From Phallusia mammillata (taxonomy: Eukaryota): a stretch of 64,000 bases of DNA. Below the pieces are notes generated by a model. It did not search any database. It saw only the letters and a list, made by a program, of their open reading frames with translations, and was not told the DNA's origin. The DNA is taken from positions 21,886,001-21,950,000 of the forward strand of contig OZ281494.1 of the NCBI GenBank assembly GCA_965637545.1, given 5' to 3'. The position numbers and the translations under genes are program-made. This document shows positions 59,501 to 64,000 of the stretch, in pieces. Positions within the stretch are counted from its first letter, which is position 1; the number at the start of each line of letters is the position of its first letter.

Positions 59501-62500
59501 AAGTTTAGATATTTGGGATTAGCAACAACCAATTTGTGAAAATATGGAACGTCTCAATGGATTTTATAAATTTGTTGATAGTCTACAAACCAAACCCCAA
59601 CTATTTAGATTTTTCACACCACTGATTAAGAAACACTGTTTTAAAGTAGAAACTTTTGGTTTGAAAAAACAGTAGTAAAATGTGTGAAAAAAAGAAAAAC
59701 CTGTACTTATGTGGCATGATTTTTAGCACAGTGGTAAAAAATTCAAAACAATTAGTGGGCTTAGGTTTATAACACATGTACTAGTATCTCATGACTTGCA
59801 AGCTTTACCAATTTTCTCACCATTTCATAAATATTTTAGGTGATGGATTTCAAACCAACTTCTGAATCCTTGACTGTTGATGATGGTCAATCAAAACAGA
59901 ACAACTGGCCTCCTGCGCTAATGTAAGGGCTGATAAGTCATTAACACTGTCTCAGCTGATTGTAAAAACTATGGTCATTTGTTTTCAGGGACTACATACA
60001 GAGGGCTTTTCAGGCTTGCGAAAATGAAACTGATAAAGACAAAACTGAAGCTGTCCTGAAAAATGTTTTAAATGAGAAAATGAAAAATGGTTCTGCTTTT
60101 CAAATTGATTGGACCAAGGAACCCTTGCCCTGGTAAGAGAGATGTCATGGATTTTGAAGTGAAATTTTAAAACTTAAGTTTTAACCTTTAAAACCTTGGG
60201 CAAGTCAAAACTTATTTTTATAATGTGCAAACATTATTATGGGTCCCCTTCAGGGAATATGTTGATTTTACTTAAATTGTTTTTGTTTTTTTTCTTTCTT
60301 TTGTTTTTTCTTCCCAAAGTTTGTCCGACTCGTTTTTCCATCAAATGTTTGATGGATTTGGCTAAAATTACACAGATGGTAGATATAGTTATGTAGATGG
60401 CATCCCACTTTGTTTTTGTTGATAACCCCAGTATTTATAAAGATTTCTGTGGCGCAATAGTGTTACAAGGGCAACCAGTTGTATGTTTCTCGTTGGTGGG
60501 TGGACGTTTTTGCGCCATGGCAGTTAGGGGCTTGTTAACAGCCCTATGACGTCAGAAACATTAACGGTTGTTGCTCAAAACACCTCTAGTGGTCGAAATT
60601 TTAAACATTGGCGGGTTGGGCTGAAATTTTGCAGTACTATTGATTGAGTCATTGTGGTTTTTATATTTTTTTTAGTTTGTGTGTCGAACCCAATTAGTTA
60701 CCCTACTAGCCCCCTAAAATGGGTCATTTTTTTAAAACGTTAAATAGGACATACTTCGAACAATATCTGGGGTGAATCTAATTTTATAGTTTGTATTCTA
60801 CATAGTATTATTATTTAAGCCCAGTGCCGATCACTGTGTTTTACCTTACAACACCTGACTTTCTCATGGTTATCTCTTGAATTGCATTATTTTCAACTTT
60901 GCATGTGTGGGGACCCATGAGTTTTTGCCTGCAGGTTATAAAAGACGATAGGAAATATATTAATGTTTTAAAATAGGTTATAGTGTAAATGCAACAACAA
61001 AATGTGCTAAGCCACCCTTCTAGTTTCTAAAATAAGAGCAGTTACGTTTTTTCTTACTGTTTGGAGTTAGGCTAATGATATTTTGTTCATAAGCCAAAGT
61101 TTTACAACCTAATATAGCCTGGGCATTTGAAATGTTCATATATACAACCTACACAATCTGTGCTTTCCATGCAACCGACAAAAGCAAAACTGTCACTACC
61201 AATTAAATTGACTGCCTATACCTGCTGTTCTCACCTCAAAGGGGGTAATTTGACGTCTTTCAGCGAGTTATAACCTTTAGCTCCATTCTTCTATGACCAC
61301 ATAGTCAGTAATTTTGCAGTTTAAAAAGGGTTAAATGTAACACACCTGTCTGTTCTCAGGGATAACCAAAAAAAGTTAAGTACCACTAGCCTAGCAATCC
61401 AACACATAGTAGTGATGGGACGATACCAGGTTTTGAAACGAGTACTGAGTACGAGTACCACATGTATATCCCTTCGATAACGAGTACGATTACTGAGTAC
61501 TTAAGTATAGTGTTGTACTAGCTAATTTATCTGCCATGGTCGGGTGCAGGTGTGCACACACACATGCCTAAAAATGTAATCTCCAAGCGATAGGGAAAAA
61601 TATATACATAAACTGGGGGAATTTTTTTCCAATTTTGTGCTGTCCGAAGCAAATATTGGCATAAAGTTGCCCATATTCTTATGGTGTAAATCGGCCTTCA
61701 GTACTCGCACATTGGTATCGAAAACTGAGACAAAATATGTTGATACCGAGTACGAGTATCGATACCACTGAAATCGTTCGATACCATCGATACCAAGTAC
61801 CGGGTACTCGTCCCATCACTAACACATAGCTCACATAACCAACACATAAAGCCTATGTTAGCATTATCCCACAAAGCTTTTGGGCCCACCTTTTTTAAAC
61901 ATCACAGTTAAGTATTGTTGAAATTAGTATATACTTTCTTTAAAATGAAATTAACTGCAGTTAAAAGGAAACAAAAGCGTAATTACAGTTGTTTTATGAT
62001 TTTTATGGTGTTGTATTTTGGTAGCCATATGTACAACCCAAAAAGAAGCACTCCTGGTTCACGCTGGAAAACAATGTCACAGAAGGTTGATAATAAATCG
62101 TGGTATGGAAGATATGGACACCAGACTAGAACTTACAGGTAGAAAAAATATGAGGCTACTTCATCATCTTGTTAGCAAGCATTGTGTAAAAAAGTAGTGA
62201 AATACCCAAGACATGTTTGGCTTTTTGTAAACTTGGTTTGTTGAACTAGTTTCATGTATTTAGATCACAGATTTCAAGATCCCGCTCACGAAGTCGTTCC
62301 CGATCAAGTTCGTACTCAAGGTCACGTTCCAGGTCTTGGTCACATTCACCCAAGCGTCGAAGATATAAAAGCAGGTTAAATATAGTGGCAATAAAGTTTA
62401 ATGTTGGAAATAAGTATCTGTATCTTGACATTGGTGTATTTTTTCCTTGATTATTTTGGTGGTCCATTAAAATTAGTGTCTTGTCCTTTACAAAATTTGA

Positions 62501-63533
62501 ACTACATGTCCAGGCATAAACTGTCAATCGATCTCTTGTTAAAAAGTATGAAAGCCCAGTTTACCTCCCAATCTTCTGTATATTGTGAGACATATTGTTG
62601 ACATAAGTTTTCCAAAAGCTTTGCATTATTCCATGCAGCAACAGCGAAAGCAGCAGTGACAGCAGTAGCGGAAGAGATTATCTGGTGACCAGTGCAGGAA
62701 GATATGGAAGGAGGATTGTAAAGGATACAACGAAGGGTGGTCGAGGTCGTGGTCGAGGAAGGGGCAGGGGATTAAACAAACAAAATACACCACAAAAACA
62801 GGTTACTAAAAAAGTAAGTATACACTAAACCTTTTTGAAACCTGTGTTTTTGGGAACTGGTGTTGTTACCAACTCTGACCCGTGTTTTGGGAAATGGTGT
62901 TAATCAAAGAAAAGGCAGAAAGGTTCCTATGTGATTTTGTTGAATATAGTTACATCAAAATGTGTTATTTCCATTAGAACAAGAAGAAAAGCCTGAACTT
63001 CCAGGTTAATGACCCACAGCGGGAAATGAAAAAGGCCAATCGGGCCAACCGATTTCAGAAATCTTTCATTCAACCTAGCAAGGAGAAACTGGAAATCACT
63101 ATCAATGCTTTCGATACAAGGTAAAAGAAAAAGTTACTGGTGATTATTACGGTCTACCAAACCACCGAAAATACTTTTCAAAAATACACAGTAAAAATGA
63201 ATATTTAGAAGATTTTAGACATTATGTTGTAGGTCCATTATTAGAAACAGATTTTCTTCACACAAATGATCCTTTTCAATAGCTTAAAGGAGCCAAATCT
63301 AAGTGGTAAACATCAATGAATGTAACATCTTATATGTTGTCACATCATACATGTGTAATGAAGTATATCTTTTTATCTTGAACATTTTTAGCTGCATTTT
63401 ATGGTTTTAAATCTTGACGATCTTGTTGCTTTATAGTGAAGATGTGAATCTGGAGGATATGAAGATAGTTGGGACTTGCAACGATATTTTCAAAGACTAT
63501 TTTCGACTCACTGCAGCCCCTGATCCATCAACG
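56502..63533 (+). CDS. LENG8: LENG8 (SAC3/GANP family), first 11 coding exons; continues beyond the window
   Basis: Exons 56502-56582 (GC donor), 57031-57249, 57723-57957, 58676-58836, 59840-59922, 59989-60132, 62025-62138, 62264-62374, 62639-62813, 62978-63120, 63437-63533, with consistent phases. Motifs [43 protein letters not shown]...IDWTKEPLP, an RS tract, an RG tract, [16 protein letters not shown] and [23 protein letters not shown] are collinear with human LENG8. Confidence 0.93.
59130..59300 (+). repeat. 3' fragment of the same Helentron-like family
   Basis: GGAGACCCATTCGTTTTTGCTTGCAAAAA, homologous to 40700-40850. Confidence 0.55.
60235..61020 (+). mobile_element. Helentron/DINE-1-like element, divergent copy in LENG8 intron 6
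   Basis: ATGGGTCCCC at 60239, GGGGACCCAT at 60909; internal sequence more divergent. Confidence 0.45.
61410..61821. mobile_element. hAT (Ac-like) MITE in LENG8 intron 6
   Basis: Perfect 14-bp TIR TAGTGATGGGACGA, perfect TSD ACACATAG, GAGTAC/CGATAC subterminal repeats. Confidence 0.94.
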
Positions 63534-63782
63534 GTTTGTTAATCTGCTTAAACTGTTGTATGTGGGAAAAGTTTAAATTTGGGTTATTTTTAGATAACTT
63601 GCCTCTAAACATGTAACCACATTCATTTAAATATTAGGTCTTGTTGATCAAACTTGTTTGGACAAACGTTTAACATGACATGTGACTTGCTGTGTTATCA
63701 AAGAGATTTAGCTCTTTGATCAGATTTTAAATGACCAACTATCCTTTTTGTAAAATAAAGAAAAACTGTTGAATGTTGATAT

Positions 63783-64000
63783 TTATGGGTCCGTTCCCTG
63801 AAGAGGACACATATTGTTTTTGTCCACATTTTTTTTTCTTTTTTCTGTCTAACGCTGGTTTGTTATGCGCATTTGGTCAAGAAAGAGTGCTTCAAATTTA
63901 TTCAAATTTGGACAGATGTTGGACAGTTATTAATCCAAATTTGATCCTCCTGAAGTTTGACCCCGAATGACCCAGCGGTTCACCCACAGGCGCCTAAAAC
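63783..64000 (+). mobile_element. Helentron/DINE-1-like element, 5' part, cut by the window end
   Basis: Near-identical to 39379-39590. Confidence 0.6.

Noticed and set aside
62252-62527. Antisense RE/RD-repeat ORF
   Set aside because: Reverse complement of the LENG8 RS-domain exon.

Overview
AT-rich animal genomic DNA with short introns, many transposons and one 200-N scaffold gap (48088-48287). Gene content and intron style suggest an invertebrate chordate, probably an ascidian, but this is inference. Genes I can support, left to right: (1) the last 10 coding exons of prolyl endopeptidase (PREP, +, 647-8268); (2) a 3.2-kb uninterrupted ORF on the - strand (15840-19055) encoding a disordered, probably nuclear protein with no recognisable domain, inside a ~29-kb gene-poor region; (3) a decayed ficolin-like (collagen + fibrinogen domain) pseudogene (+, ~37960-38719); (4) an apparently intact short-collagen secreted paralogue (-, from 49901); (5) ATF4/ATF5 bZIP (-); (6) intronless TSEN34 (+), head-to-head with ATF4/5; (7) the first 11 coding exons of LENG8 (+, 56502 to beyond 63533). 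Mobile DNA includes about a dozen hAT-type MITEs (most with readable 8-bp TSDs, some nested or tandem), a broken RTE-clade LINE, a tRNA-derived SINE and a Helentron/DINE-like family. The most notable signals are invisible in the ORF track. The ATF4/5 leader has a 3-codon uORF1 and an intron-split, overlapping 59-codon uORF2. An 81-nt in-frame, stop-free intron is hidden inside the 350-aa ATF4 ORF. The ATF4-TSEN34 divergent promoter carries a CARE site. The orphan 1071-aa ORF has a predicted four-uORF leader. TSEN34 and LENG8 are adjacent, echoing human 19q13.
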